A DNA stretch of 64,000 nucleotides from Schizochytrium sp. TIO01 (lineage: Eukaryota > Protista > Bigyra: Labyrinthulomycetes). The stretch's first letter is position 1, and every line of letters starts with the position of its first letter. A program made the position numbers and the translations under genes. The notes under the pieces are model-generated. The model did not search any database. It worked only from the letters and a program-made list of their open reading frames with translations, and had not been told where the DNA came from. Below, one piece after another: positions 23,101 to 34,684 of the stretch. The stretch covers positions 3,876,483 to 3,940,482 of the forward strand of contig SMSO01000032.1 of assembly GCA_004764695.1 (NCBI GenBank). Reading direction: 5' to 3'.

Positions 23101-24235
23101 CCAGACATTAAAGGAACGAAACTTGATCCTTCTTGTCTACATGACAACATAAACACATATAAGTTACCTAACGGTGAGATTGTATCTTCAGTGTTAAACC
23201 ACAATGATAGCCACTGCTATTACAATAGTTAGTGAAAATAACTTTTTAATATCAACTCAGGTTGCTCCTAATTTAAAACCAAAACTCACCTTTACATCTT
23301 TGATATGGTACGTAATGAACTTTACACCACATCACACTACTGCCGTGACCTTCACGGGTTTGATCCCGAAGTGCATTTGCTCTTCACCTTGCTCTGCTGA
23401 CCTAACCTTAAAATAGCAACGATCATTCATTGTAATACCTTTTTGTCAGGTGAAAAAAACGTTAGGCAATCACCCAAAGAAGATTGAAAACAGGTTGTTT
23501 ATATCATGAGGCATCTCATATGCTTCTTTATAGATAAGCCTAGACTAAAGTATATAAAAATATTTTAATTTAAGCTAGTGTATCTACCTTAATTTTAAAA
23601 TATCACGACGATCCTAGTAAACCATAAGTAGTTGTACCCACTGGTATTATTTATTTATTTGTTTTAAAAAATATTAAAAATAGCAATCATCGAAATCGCA
23701 TATTACTGTGTAGCTGGTTTATCATTAGTACTCATGTCTCTTAACTGGCCGGAGTGGTATTGGCTACATAGTACAAACTGGTAGGAACATAATGTTTGAT
23801 TTGATTTTGTATTATTTAGTGATTATAAAAATGCTACGATGGTACAGTGAAATAACAGTTGAAAGGGAGATATAAGAGGAAACAAAGAGAAGAAGAGAGA
23901 AGAAAAGAGAAGAAAAGAGAAGAAAGCGACTGAGAGATAGCGAGACAGCAGCAGCAACAGCAAGGCAGACCACGCTCGCAGACGCCGCAGACGCAGCAAG
24001 AGGCAATCGCCACAGCCAAAGCTCTGTTCTTGCGCCGCAGGGACGAGGTCGAAGCCACCTCCACCCGCCGTATTCGCGCGGCAACTGAGTTGGAGGAATT
24101 CGATCGATCGATCGATCGACCGCTTGCTCACCCGCCCGCTCACCTCTTCGAGCCACTTTTCAAACGACTTCTCCTAGCGTGGAGGAGCTCGAAAAACTTT
24201 CGCTGGTATCCGTTGACCCGTTTGCAATACCCGTC

Positions 24236-26309
24236 ATGGCTTTCACCATGGAGCGCGCCCGCGACGTGGGCGTCTCGTAAGTTGAGATGGAATGGAATTG
24301 AGTTGGAGCACCAGCCAGACAAACACGGTTTTGCCCTGTTTAGGAGACCACAGTGGACTGTCGATTCCTTTGCAGTCGAGTAAGGAAATACTCATGAATT
24401 AGGGAATCATAGGCAGTGACTTGTTCAACTGGTTGCATTTAGTTTGTTGATTTTCCTGTTTGCATAACTAAAAAGCAAGATCAACATAATGCCCGTGGAA
24501 TCTTTGTGAACCTACTCCAGAGGATACGTTGCTGCAGTGCTTCAGAGGGGTTGGAAATGAACGTATTTAAGACTGACGAGAAAATGTTGTTTATTGACGA
24601 ATTAACCTGCTACCGATCTTTTGGCACATGGATGATTTTCCTGATCTTTACTATCGGGAACACTGATCAATCTGTGATGACCGGCATCAATATCTTTGCA
24701 AATGATTCCTAATATGTGGCACTATGGTATCTAATGGCGAAATATCAAACTATATGTGGGTATTTTGTTTGAATTGATGCGTACCTTGATCGCGGATTTG
24801 GACGTCTCTCTCCACATTTACGTTGGGCACAGTTTCATCAAGTTCTACTATAAGATGCTCTTTTTCATGACGGAAAACATTGGCAAGCTTTACATGGATG
24901 ACGCTACTGTGTGCATTCAAGATAAGATCTACCGTGGCCCGGAGGAGATCCAGGGCGCCTTTATTAAGCTTGGTTTCCAGGACATGCAAGTAGACATCAA
25001 GAAAGCTTCGTTTGTGCCTTCCCACAACAACAGCATCCTTATTGTGGTGTCCGGTCGCTTCACTTCGGACAAGGGTGGCCCTTCGCGTCTTATTTCCCAG
25101 TCTTTTGTTCTTGCCGAGGCCCCTCGTGGCGATGACGAAACCAGCCAGGCCTCTTTTGTTGTTCTTTCCGACGTCCTCCACTGCCTTGAGGGACCTGACT
25201 TCGGCGAGGTCGCTGCCCCTGTTGCTGAGGCCCCGAAGAAGGCCGAGGCTGAGGTCGAGCCTAAGGCTGCGGCCCCCAAGAAGTCTGAGTCCTCCAAGGA
25301 GTCCAAGGAGGTCTCTCAGGATAAGGCTGAGACCCCTAAGAAGGCTGAGGCCCCTAAGAAGGTTGAGGCCGAGCCCAAGGTTGAGGCCCCTGCCAAGGCC
25401 GACAACGAGCCTAAGGCCGCCAATGGAACTGCTGTTGCTCCGGCTGCCGAGCCTAAGGTTTCTGTCGCTGAACCCAAGAAGGAGAAGCCCGCTGCCAAGG
25501 CGGAGCCTGTCAAGGAGGAGCCTGCTGCCCCGGCTCCCCCTGCTCCTGCTGCCCCGGCTCCCCCTGCTCCTGCTGCCCCCGCCAAATCTTCTGAGACCAG
25601 TGCGCCTGCCACGCCGGCCCCATCCACTGGATTCTCTTATGCCCAAATGCTCGCAAAGCCAAAGGCCCCTGTTGCTGCTCCGGCCGCTTCTGCTGCTGCC
25701 CCGGCTGCTGCCCCGGCTGCAGCTGCTACCCCCGCTGCTCCTGCTGCTGCTCCTGCTGCCGGCGCAAAGGGCAAGGCGCCCAAGGCTGCCGCACAGGCCA
25801 ATGGTACTGCAGCTCAACAGCAACAGCAGCAACAAGGCAAGTCCCGCCGTGAGGGTGGAGCTCAGCGCAAGGCGAACTCTGCTGACCTGAGCAAGTCACT
25901 GTATGTGAAGGATATGCCGCGGGACTACAACGAGGCCAAGATTCGTGAGTGCTTTTCCCAGTTTGGCGAGGTCGTGAGCGTGGAGCTTCCGCCTGGCAAG
26001 CACTTTGCCTTTGTCAACTTTGAGTCCATTGAGGGCATGAAGAAGGCCATGGCTGCAGAGGAAATCACCATGGAGGACAGCAAGGTCTACGTGGAGGCTC
26101 GCAGCGCTACTGGTGGCAACCGTGGCGGTAACAACAACAACGCTGGAACTAGTGGCCGCAACGGTGGTCGTCGTGGCAACAACAACAACAACAACAACGG
26201 CAGCGGCAGCAACAACAACAACAACAACAAGAACTCTCGTGGAGGTGCATCAGGTCGGGGTAACCGCGGTGGTGCTCGCCAGCAGCAGCAGCAGCAGCAG
26301 AGCAAGTAA
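24236..26309 (+). CDS. G3BP/Rasputin-like NTF2-RRM-RGG RNA-binding protein; exons 24236-24276 and 24833-26309
   Basis: Splicing TC|GTAAGT...cacAG|T gives MAFTMERARDVGVSFIKFYY, the typical first helix of NTF2-like domains. Then SQSFVLA, a Pro/Ala/Glu linker, SYAQM motif, RRM (SLYVKDM, HFAFVNF) and RGG/Asn-rich tail. Confidence 0.88.
24277..24832 (+). other. Phase-2 GT-AG intron of the G3BP-like gene
   Basis: GTAAGT donor and CAG acceptor; removal restores the frame and the NTF2 N-terminal motif. Confidence 0.85.
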
Positions 26310-29300
26310 AGAAGAAAGAAAAACCGGTGTCCTCAACTTGCAATCTTTCTCTGCGGTAAACAATGGGTGACCGTGGTGTAAGTCGTTTTGAGGTCAGTCT
26401 TACTCGATTTCCTTGCTTACTGTGGCTTACTGAGCGATTCTTTGCGGTGACGCAGCCATCCTCTTCGCACACATATAAGCTAATCTTGACCAATCCAATT
26501 TCTACCCGCGCGAATTTCAGAAAGGCAAATACCATTGAAAATTCCATTCCGTGCGGGAACTGGCCTAGTCTCGAAATGATACCTCTCTGAAGGGAAGGAC
26601 ATGTCAAGACTTTTTCAAGAGCTTTCTTTAATCTTTGTCATTGCAAAGCTTGAAATCTGCTTTGTTTTTTTTTCATTTACGCCTGCAAAATCTATTATGG
26701 ACCGTGGGTGTTTAATATTCTCTCTTTCTCTATCATTTCCCTTTTACTCGCTATCCCTCACTATTTCTTACTCTTTTTTTTTTTTCCTTTTTTTTGTTTT
26801 GGCGAACGCAAGGAGGCCCGACATGAAGACCTCTATTACTCAAGATTTTTCGAACAGTCATTCCTATACTTTAATATTCTATTTCTGTGTACGCGCAATT
26901 GTAATGACTCTCTAAATCAATCTTACAAGCTTAGCTCACGCTTTTTCTTTTGTTCCTGTTATGTTTAATGTTTCTTGTAACAATACACAACCTAATGTTT
27001 ACGATCAGTGATAGAGTCTTCCCCGCGCCAATACCCCATAGTCAAGTATCAGATTTGTGACGGCAAATAGAATTCCCCGCACAGATGAATTGTCTTCATA
27101 CTGAGACTACACTATCTTCCAAAAATACAAAGCATTGCTCAAAGGAGAATTTGTTGGTCTGTGGTAGAGCTCATTTAGGATATCTTGTTTGTGAAATGCA
27201 TATACAAAACAATGTCACATAAGCATACATTAAAAAATTATACATGCATCCACGGTTCTGCCGCCTTGATATTTATCAATCTGGTGATGATTAATCTTCG
27301 TCTAGGATTTATCAATTATGCTACCCCAGGCTTCAAGCTTGTCATTTTGAATTAAAAGGAATGACATTTATATTTTGTGTAAGGGATATACATGCAATGT
27401 TCGTCAGTATGTATAAATCTCAACGCAATATAGCACATGTAGTAGGGCTTGTTTTAAAACTATAAATCTATTGTTACTATTAATATTTTAAAAACGAAAG
27501 GAAGACACCGACTTTCTCGGGTTCAAAAGTTTATTCAAGCGCTACAAACGATCTACATCTCAAGCCTCAATCCTGGGGGGTCATAACAACATATTCCTCG
27601 AAGGTACAAATGCTCATACTGTGAACCATGCTGAATCAGACTGCAGATTCTTGATTTAAAAATAAAATAAAAGTGCCCTCTGTAACCAAATTGGTCACCG
27701 GCCTAATGTCTGACCTATCAACCAGTCAAGAGAGCAAATGCAGTCGAACAATAAACGAGGATGTCACTCTTCCACACCAAATTTAAGGAGTCTTACCGTT
27801 ACTGCATATCCTGCAGGAGACTAATCTTTCTGCTGCAACTTTTCTTCTAACTCCTAACAATAAATAACCTCAAATCTGACTCAAAGTCAGTACAGTCCAG
27901 CCTCGGAAGGATTTCTAATTGATTCTAGTTGCAATCTCCATGTCGCATTAAATTAAGATTGCTCTCTAACTATTAAAATATTGATATATTATCGATGGAT
28001 GCAACCCAAGGATCCTCAGTTCCCATTTGAGGAAAAGGGACACTAGAAACACAATTAACAACGACGTCTGGTAGAATTGTCTTATTTGCAATAACTCTAT
28101 AACGAGTTTTTCAAGAAATGAGGAGGAAATAAAATCCCCTTCCCCTCCCCCCCCCCAAAATTAAACATCACAAATTTTGCTACATTTTGATCAGCAATTC
28201 TTTACCATGCTCTTGTTGTTTGTCGTCATAACGACGCACAAGGGCATCCTCTAGACGCTAACTAGAAAAACACCTCGTCTACCCTCCAAAACCAGGTAAT
28301 GATTTAACGATTTGCTCCCTCCTTTTTCTTTTCGGCCGCACGGCTCGGCGGGTAAATTGTATTTTATTTGTTATGACTCAAAAAATGATCGATGCAAGTT
28401 TTTATCTCGATGTGTACTCATAAGGACTGTAATTGATATATCATATCTACAAGCTCAAGTTAATACCCTGTTATTAGCTCTTCTTTGATGGTAATGGGTG
28501 ATTGTTTTGGCTTAAGATTTTACCCCAACTAAAAGATTTGAACTTCTTAGCTCTGACTAAGGAGAACCTGAGTTTTAAAATCTTTTTTAAAATTTGACAA
28601 GCCAAGACAATAAATAGTCCTGCAGATGTTATTTTACATTTGTTAGTTTTCTCCAAACTTGCGACATTAACAACCACCAGACCAAGGAGTAGATCTCTAA
28701 GAGGGATGTATCATTCAACACATGACCTTCAGTACTAGGTATACGTTTATCTGATAGGGCTCAGGCAGGAAAATCTGTAAACGCAGCGGTGTCCTTCAGA
28801 GCACACGAGCAGTAAAGCTTTATCATTAAGGGGTCTCCGCGAAGTGCAATGAGCAGGTGCACTCAGCTCTCGTACTATAATCCGTAGGTATTACATTTAA
28901 AGTCCTGGCATTTCTGCGGCTGTCGCATTTTGTCTAAACTACACCTCTGTGTTTTCTGTTCGCATCGCTCCGCAATATGTATCGGTACTTATTTGGATGT
29001 AGGATAAGACTCTTCTTGCTGCAATGGTACAGCAACTTCTACACTAGAGTAGTTTGTTCCCGGTCCTCATATCTCACCCCGGAGTACACTTCTGCTAAGG
29101 GGGTTTCCAAGCACCTTTTTGCTGTAGTGCTTTCTTTCGATGAAAAAGTTAAACAAAAAGCCTCTTCAAAGTGGCGAGGCACTCTTACTTGCTATTTATT
29201 GCTTCTCTAACTTCACCTGCTCCCTTCTTTGGTCCACTGCGTTTCTCTAGCTAGAAAGTTCACATGGCTCATCGTCATTATCTTGAACCCAGTTCTGGCA

Positions 29301-30812
29301 TTCATTCATTTATTCATTCCTTCATTCTCTCAAAATATCTATCTACACTGAGTACATAAGAATTGATCGATCGATCAATCACAGTCTCTTACTAACTAAC
29401 TACCTATTTATCGCTTTCTGTCATCCATTGTATAATGCACATTGGCTTCGCTTGTCATCTGCACGAGCTCTTTCGTGACCTCTGATCATGGCCGGTGTAT
29501 TCGTTGCCTCCGGTCTCTGATGTCAGCGTTCGCGTGGGAGCACGGCTCGCTCGGCCTCTGAGGGAGTGTTATTTGTCCACAGCGATCGATGGCATTCTTT
29601 CGTTTTCCGCTTTTCGAGGTCAGTTGAGTCCTAATTCTTTCTTCTCATCCCTTTCTCTGACTAGTAGGTTCCTAATAGCTCCTATGGCGATTGCTTATTG
29701 CATGAATGAGCGATTGCATGCGCGAATGAATGCTTCTCCAGAGTGGCTTCGTGTATTGACGGTGACCTCTCAACAGGCGTCAAATCGACGAGTTTCTGCG
29801 AGGAACAGGTGTCTTCCTTCTTCACAGGAGCTTCATCTCGGATGGTGCTTTCCCGTCTTGGCTTTCTCGTCTTTGCTTTCTCAGCTTGAGAAGTTTTCAC
29901 GAAGATTACTTACAGACAGCCCTAGCCATGTACTAGGCGGAGAGCTAGCACTTGCTCCACGAGCACTCCTACTGTTGCTCCTGAGTAGGACCGACTAGCG
30001 AAGTCTCACTGCATTACTCCGGCGGCACATAAAATACACACTGCTGTCTCCCCTTACCGTTACGCCTATACCCTCTCTCTAGATGCCTGCGTATTTAAAT
30101 ATTAAAATACATATTGCTCTGCCGTAACTGCTATATTTTACGGTATGCGCCATTAGTAAGACTGCACCCTTTGCTGCTGACCCTCTTAGGATGCAGTAGC
30201 AGAGTGGTATGAGGTATAGTACAGCCTAACGACTGGAGGAAGTAGATAGGCACTAATGCTGCCTATGGAGAGAGAGAGAGAGCAGGATTTGCAAAATCAT
30301 TGACGGAGAAGCAGCGAGACTTCTGAGAACATGGAAAAAGGACACGCTCTGCTGCGAAGATAATGACGAAGATTGCGTCAATCGCCAGGAAAGATCAACC
30401 AATAAGTCCATCAATCAGCCGATTATCAATCACTCGTCAATCAATCAAACAAACAAAGCAACACCCAATTTTTCTTCGACGTCAAAGCCAAAGCAATGCT
30501 GAGTTTTATCGACAGATAAACATAAACACGTACACTCTGATCTAAAGTAAACTAAAGTAAACTAAATTAAAACTTAACTTAACGAAACTAAACCAATGAT
30601 AAAACCCAACGCAAATCAGATATACAACACATAAACAAATAAATAAATAAACAATCGCATATCTACAATACCATTAAAATAACTCTATTTCCACTATTTC
30701 CGCGTTCCTCTGTTCCCCTCTATTGTTATCGCGGTGCTATTTATTGTTCGTGGCGGCGGCGCTTTGCTTCTCCAATAGCTCCTGTGCCAGCGAGACAGGA
30801 AGGTTCCTCTAC

Positions 30813-30829
30813 CTTCTGTCTTCTGTCTT

Positions 30830-30898
<69 letters not shown>

Positions 30899-30900
30899 TC
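30813..30900. repeat. (CTTCTGT)n heptamer tandem repeat, about 12.5 units
   Basis: Directly visible, with one variant unit CTCCTGT. Confidence 0.95.
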
Positions 30901-31021
30901 GTGCGTCAATGACATTCCTTCTCCAAAGAGTAAAGCACAGAATAAGCGGCAAGCAGGCAGCGATAGGGGTCGCTAGGGCCCGCTAGGGCTTCCAGCGAAG
31001 GCGCAGCAGCGACGAATAAAC

Positions 31022-31024
31022 AAA

Positions 31025-31123
<99 letters not shown>

Positions 31124-31126
31124 ATA
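31022..31126. repeat. (AAAT)n microsatellite
   Basis: Directly visible. Confidence 0.97.
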
Positions 31127-31506
31127 GACAAAGAATGAGCGATGATGAGTGAATGGACACATCAACAAAAGCACAGAGAGACTGAAGTAAAGGAAAGAGG
31201 AAAAGAAGAAGGCTCATTAAGAGAGAGAGAGAGGGAGAGAGAAAAGAAAGGAAAGGAGATGTAATAGGCACGGGCGAAGGCGCACAGGACTCGGGGTATG
31301 AGCGGCGAGGGGAGGGGCGGAGGCGCTGGGTCTTGTAAGGGGGGGCGAGGCGAAGGTGTAGTAGCAGTAGTAGTGAAATGCAGTAGAGGGAAAGAAGGGG
31401 AGGAAAGGAGGGAAAGGAAAGGAAAGGAGAGCAAAGCATATTGATTGATTGATTGATCGATCGATTGATTGATTGATTTGACGTGGACGCAACGGGAGGA
31501 GGAAGG

Positions 31507-32226
31507 ATGGCCTTCGCTATGCGGGCTGCGTTTGCTGCTCGCCACGTCGCCGGTCGCGGGACAGTGGGTGCTGCTTCTTTGGGACTTGCACGCCTTCAAG
31601 GCGCGGCCGCGGTCTCCTGCGGAGGCGTCTCCGCTCGGGTGCGGGGCGCTCGCTGGATGAGCGGCGGCGAGGGCTCGAAGCAGCAGCAGATGGAGGACGA
31701 GGCACGCGCACTCGTCCACGAGGCAAGCCATGGAGGCAAGCCTCCCCCGCCTAAGGAGCCCGAGCAGGATGCCGGCCCCGAAGCATGGGCAGCGTACTTC
31801 AACGAGAAGTTTCTTTACGACATGGATCACTACGAGACACCCAAAGACATGGACCCTGCCAAGCCCTTGAACTTCTTGGACCTCGACGCCTACCTCGAAA
31901 GCGTCAAGCCAGACTGGGAAACGAAGCCGGCAGGCCTCGAGGACATCAGGCTGGAGTACGACTTTAAGATCTACCCTCCCTACAAGGCACTTTTCTTCAA
32001 GGACAAGTTTCAGCCGGACAAGAAGGTCAAGGTCACGCTCAAGGTCGAGGACCTCGCGCTCTCACCCTCACAAACGGACTTTATGATGCGCCTCCTCGGA
32101 AACAGATTTAAGCCCAAGCGCGGCACCATGAGCCTCGTCAGCAGGGACGGCAAAGACGTTAAAGAGAACATGGAGCGCGTCAAGCAGCTCCTCGCCCAGG
32201 TCGTTGCCGAGATCCGCAAGCACTAA
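31507..32226 (+). CDS. Mitochondrial ribosomal small-subunit protein mS35 (MRP-S28/Rsm24 domain)
   Basis: Arg/Ala-rich, acid-free N-terminal presequence (MAFAMRAAFAARH...RGARWMS). C-terminal KKVKVTLKVEDLAL...LLGNRF...SLVSR...EN..V.QLL pattern matches the mS35 domain. Confidence 0.75.
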   Translation: MAFAMRAAFAARHVAGRGTVGAASLGLARLQGAAAVSCGGVSARVRGARWMSGGEGSKQQQMEDEARALVHEASHGGKPPPPKEPEQDAGPEAWAAYFNEKFLYDMDHYETPKDMDPAKPLNFLDLDAYLESVKPDWETKPAGLEDIRLEYDFKIYPPYKALFFKDKFQPDKKVKVTLKVEDLALSPSQTDFMMRLLGNRFKPKRGTMSLVSRDGKDVKENMERVKQLLAQVVAEIRKH

Positions 32227-34207
32227 GCACTAGGCCGCCTCAGACCGAATGACAGCGGTGGCCGTGCCCATATCGCGTTGATCGAAGGATCGCATGATCG
32301 ATGTGTATAAATGCACGCCTCGCCGCAAGGTGCAGTCGGGCCGCGTGCAGGCTGAGCGATGTGACTTGACCCGAGAAAATTTGACTTCAAACTTGGGCCG
32401 GGCGTTGCTCTTGCATCGAATGAGCGGCCTCGATGATATATCTGTCCTCTCTCTCTCTATCATTCGTTTCCCTCTGTGGCCTCCGAAACGAAGCCTCGGG
32501 GCAGCACAATTTCTAGCAAATCCACACATACAACCACAAAAGTACTAAGCCAAAAATGAAACCAGACTGTGAAGTCGCTTACCTTACTATCCCGTTCCTT
32601 TGTGCATCACGAAGGTTTGTTCGTTCTCTTTGTTGGCTCACGCATAATGTATGAGAACAAACCTCGCTGCCTATATTGACCACAGCGTCGCTCTGCACAT
32701 CTGACACCTCTTCCTCGGAGCTCTGCAGCCTGGACTTTCCTCTCTTCTCTAAACGATCCAACCTCCTTTTTCACACGATATCTACTCTGACTTTGTAAGA
32801 TGGATAGTTCAAGCTTTCTTTTCTATTTGATACACCGATCCCTTCTTTTTCTTCTTCCTCCGTTTCTTCTCTCTTACATTGCATACCTTGCTCATCTCTG
32901 ACTCGGGATAATTTGTATGTATGTAGAAATAAGTGTTCCCGGAAGTGCACGACGAATCCCACTATTTTTCTTTTTGCCCTTAATCCTCTACTCCTTGTCT
33001 GGTATGTTTCACTCTATGCCATTGCACCCACCCCTTGGTTTCGGGTTTCTTTCCATCATGGTGAATCTTCTACTATTTTTTAATGTTAAAAATTGCAATG
33101 ATTTTCTATTTATTCTCAAAGCATGCAGAGACCAGAGGCCAATAAAGTAATGTTGAACTCTCTGCACTTTGTGATCAAGTGGGGTCTTCTTTAGCTAGTT
33201 TTGCTTTCTATAAACGATTTTGAACTATTGTTTGCTTGATGCTCGTCTCTTGAAAGGACGAAAATTGTGAAGGTCGCATCGTGTAGTACATTTCGATACT
33301 AGTATTTAGAACCTGCCGAATGATGGCCTTCAGGGAACCAAATTGGAGGTACATGGTACTTTAAAGAGCTGTATTGACACATTCTACAAAGTGAAACAAG
33401 AGGTTTTAACGGAATTAAAGCAAAACACAGATAAAGATATAAAAGAACGGGAAAAGGTGGAAACTCAAAAGGTTTTGTGAATAATGGCTTGTCATTCATT
33501 ACGGAAGGAGCTAAGGTAATGTTGATGTTGATGGTGGTTGTCAGAGTATTTATCGTGAAGTAGCTATAATTGTGATGGAGGTCTTGAAAGACATTTCATT
33601 GCCATCCAGGCCTTCCACCCCAAAGAGTCTGAACTTGCCGTGTCGTCAGGGTTACCCGTTTCATAAAGTTTGATTCGTTCGCCAAGGCAAGTTATCTTTT
33701 TTGTTTTTTCCGTTGCCTTGCCCCGGAAAAAAGGATGTATCCCACCCTAATTCCCAGATCGAAGCAAGCGAAGTGAAGCGCATGTACACAAACCCCTCTC
33801 TGTAGAGTTCTGCTGTCTTTGCAAAAACACAAACAGACAATTTCTCTCCGGTAGGGACGCATGTACACCACTCTAAGCATGCAAATATGTAGAAGAAGAA
33901 GTAGCAGCAGCAATCATCGTCGTTGATGAAAGCAAAAAGTGCGATATTTGTCGTTGTCGTCGCCAAAGTGATTATGGCAATCATCATGTAAGCGACGAAT
34001 AATACCCAGCCTCCAGTGTAAGTCAGTAATGTTCGAGTCTCTCACTGCCCAGACCAGATGAAGTCGCCAAGAGAGTCGCAAAATTGCAATGACTCAGGAT
34101 GGTCTAGTCCAAAGGTCCTCGCAAGTCAATCTCTGCGAGCTAAAGAAAAAATTCACTCAAACAAAACGTTGATATTCCTGGGCATACTGGGGAGAGGTTG
34201 AGCTTAT

Positions 34208-34684
34208 TTAGCGCTCGAGCTTCCAGTTGCGGGAAGGCAAGAGCGAGGCGTAGGTGGGGGTCTCGACAGCCTTGTTGCGGAGGACGGTGCTAGCGTCGAC
34301 GGCCTTGGCGGGGCGGATCTCGGAGGGGTTTCCGACAAACTCGATAACGGCCATGTCGGCGTTATCACCCTTACGGAATCCAATCTTAAGCACACGGGTG
34401 GTGCCGCCTGGCCTGTGCTCGTAGCGCTTGGCCAGCTCAGAGAAGACCTTGTCCACAGCGACCTGGGTACGAAGGACGCTGTTAACCTGGGCGCGGCGTT
34501 GAGGTGTGTCGCCCTTCTTAGCAACGTTCACAACATAGTCGGCCATGCGGCGCAACTCCAGCGCGCGAGGCTTGGTGGTCTTGATGCGCTCGTGGAGCAC
34601 CAGCGAGTCCACCAAGTTGCGCAACATGGCCATGCGGTGGGCGCTGTCGCGGCCCAGCTTGCGGAAGGCATCGCGGTGGCCCAT
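34208..34684 (-). CDS. MRPL17: Ribosomal protein bL17, nuclear-encoded mitochondrial type
   Basis: MGHR..RKLGRDSAHRMAMLRNL...HERIKTT..RA.ELRR, LAKRY..RPGGTTRVLK, R.GDNADMAVIEFV: classic bL17 signature. Confidence 0.93.
   Translation of the reverse strand: MGHRDAFRKLGRDSAHRMAMLRNLVDSLVLHERIKTTKPRALELRRMADYVVNVAKKGDTPQRRAQVNSVLRTQVAVDKVFSELAKRYEHRPGGTTRVLKIGFRKGDNADMAVIEFVGNPSEIRPAKAVDASTVLRNKAVETPTYASLLPSRNWKLER

Noticed and set aside
22984-23400. AT-rich + strand frame that reads like a decayed (possibly viral) gene
   Set aside because: Six internal stops in 139 codons is not clearly below chance for AT-rich DNA, and no motif was recognised.
24750-25835. 361-aa minus-strand ORF and the 292-aa alternative-frame ORF at 25012-25890
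   Set aside because: Shadow ORFs of the GC-rich, low-complexity G3BP-like CDS; no domain features.
30813-31126. Tandem repeats as a possible CRISPR-like array
   Set aside because: No unique spacers, no cas genes, eukaryotic context.
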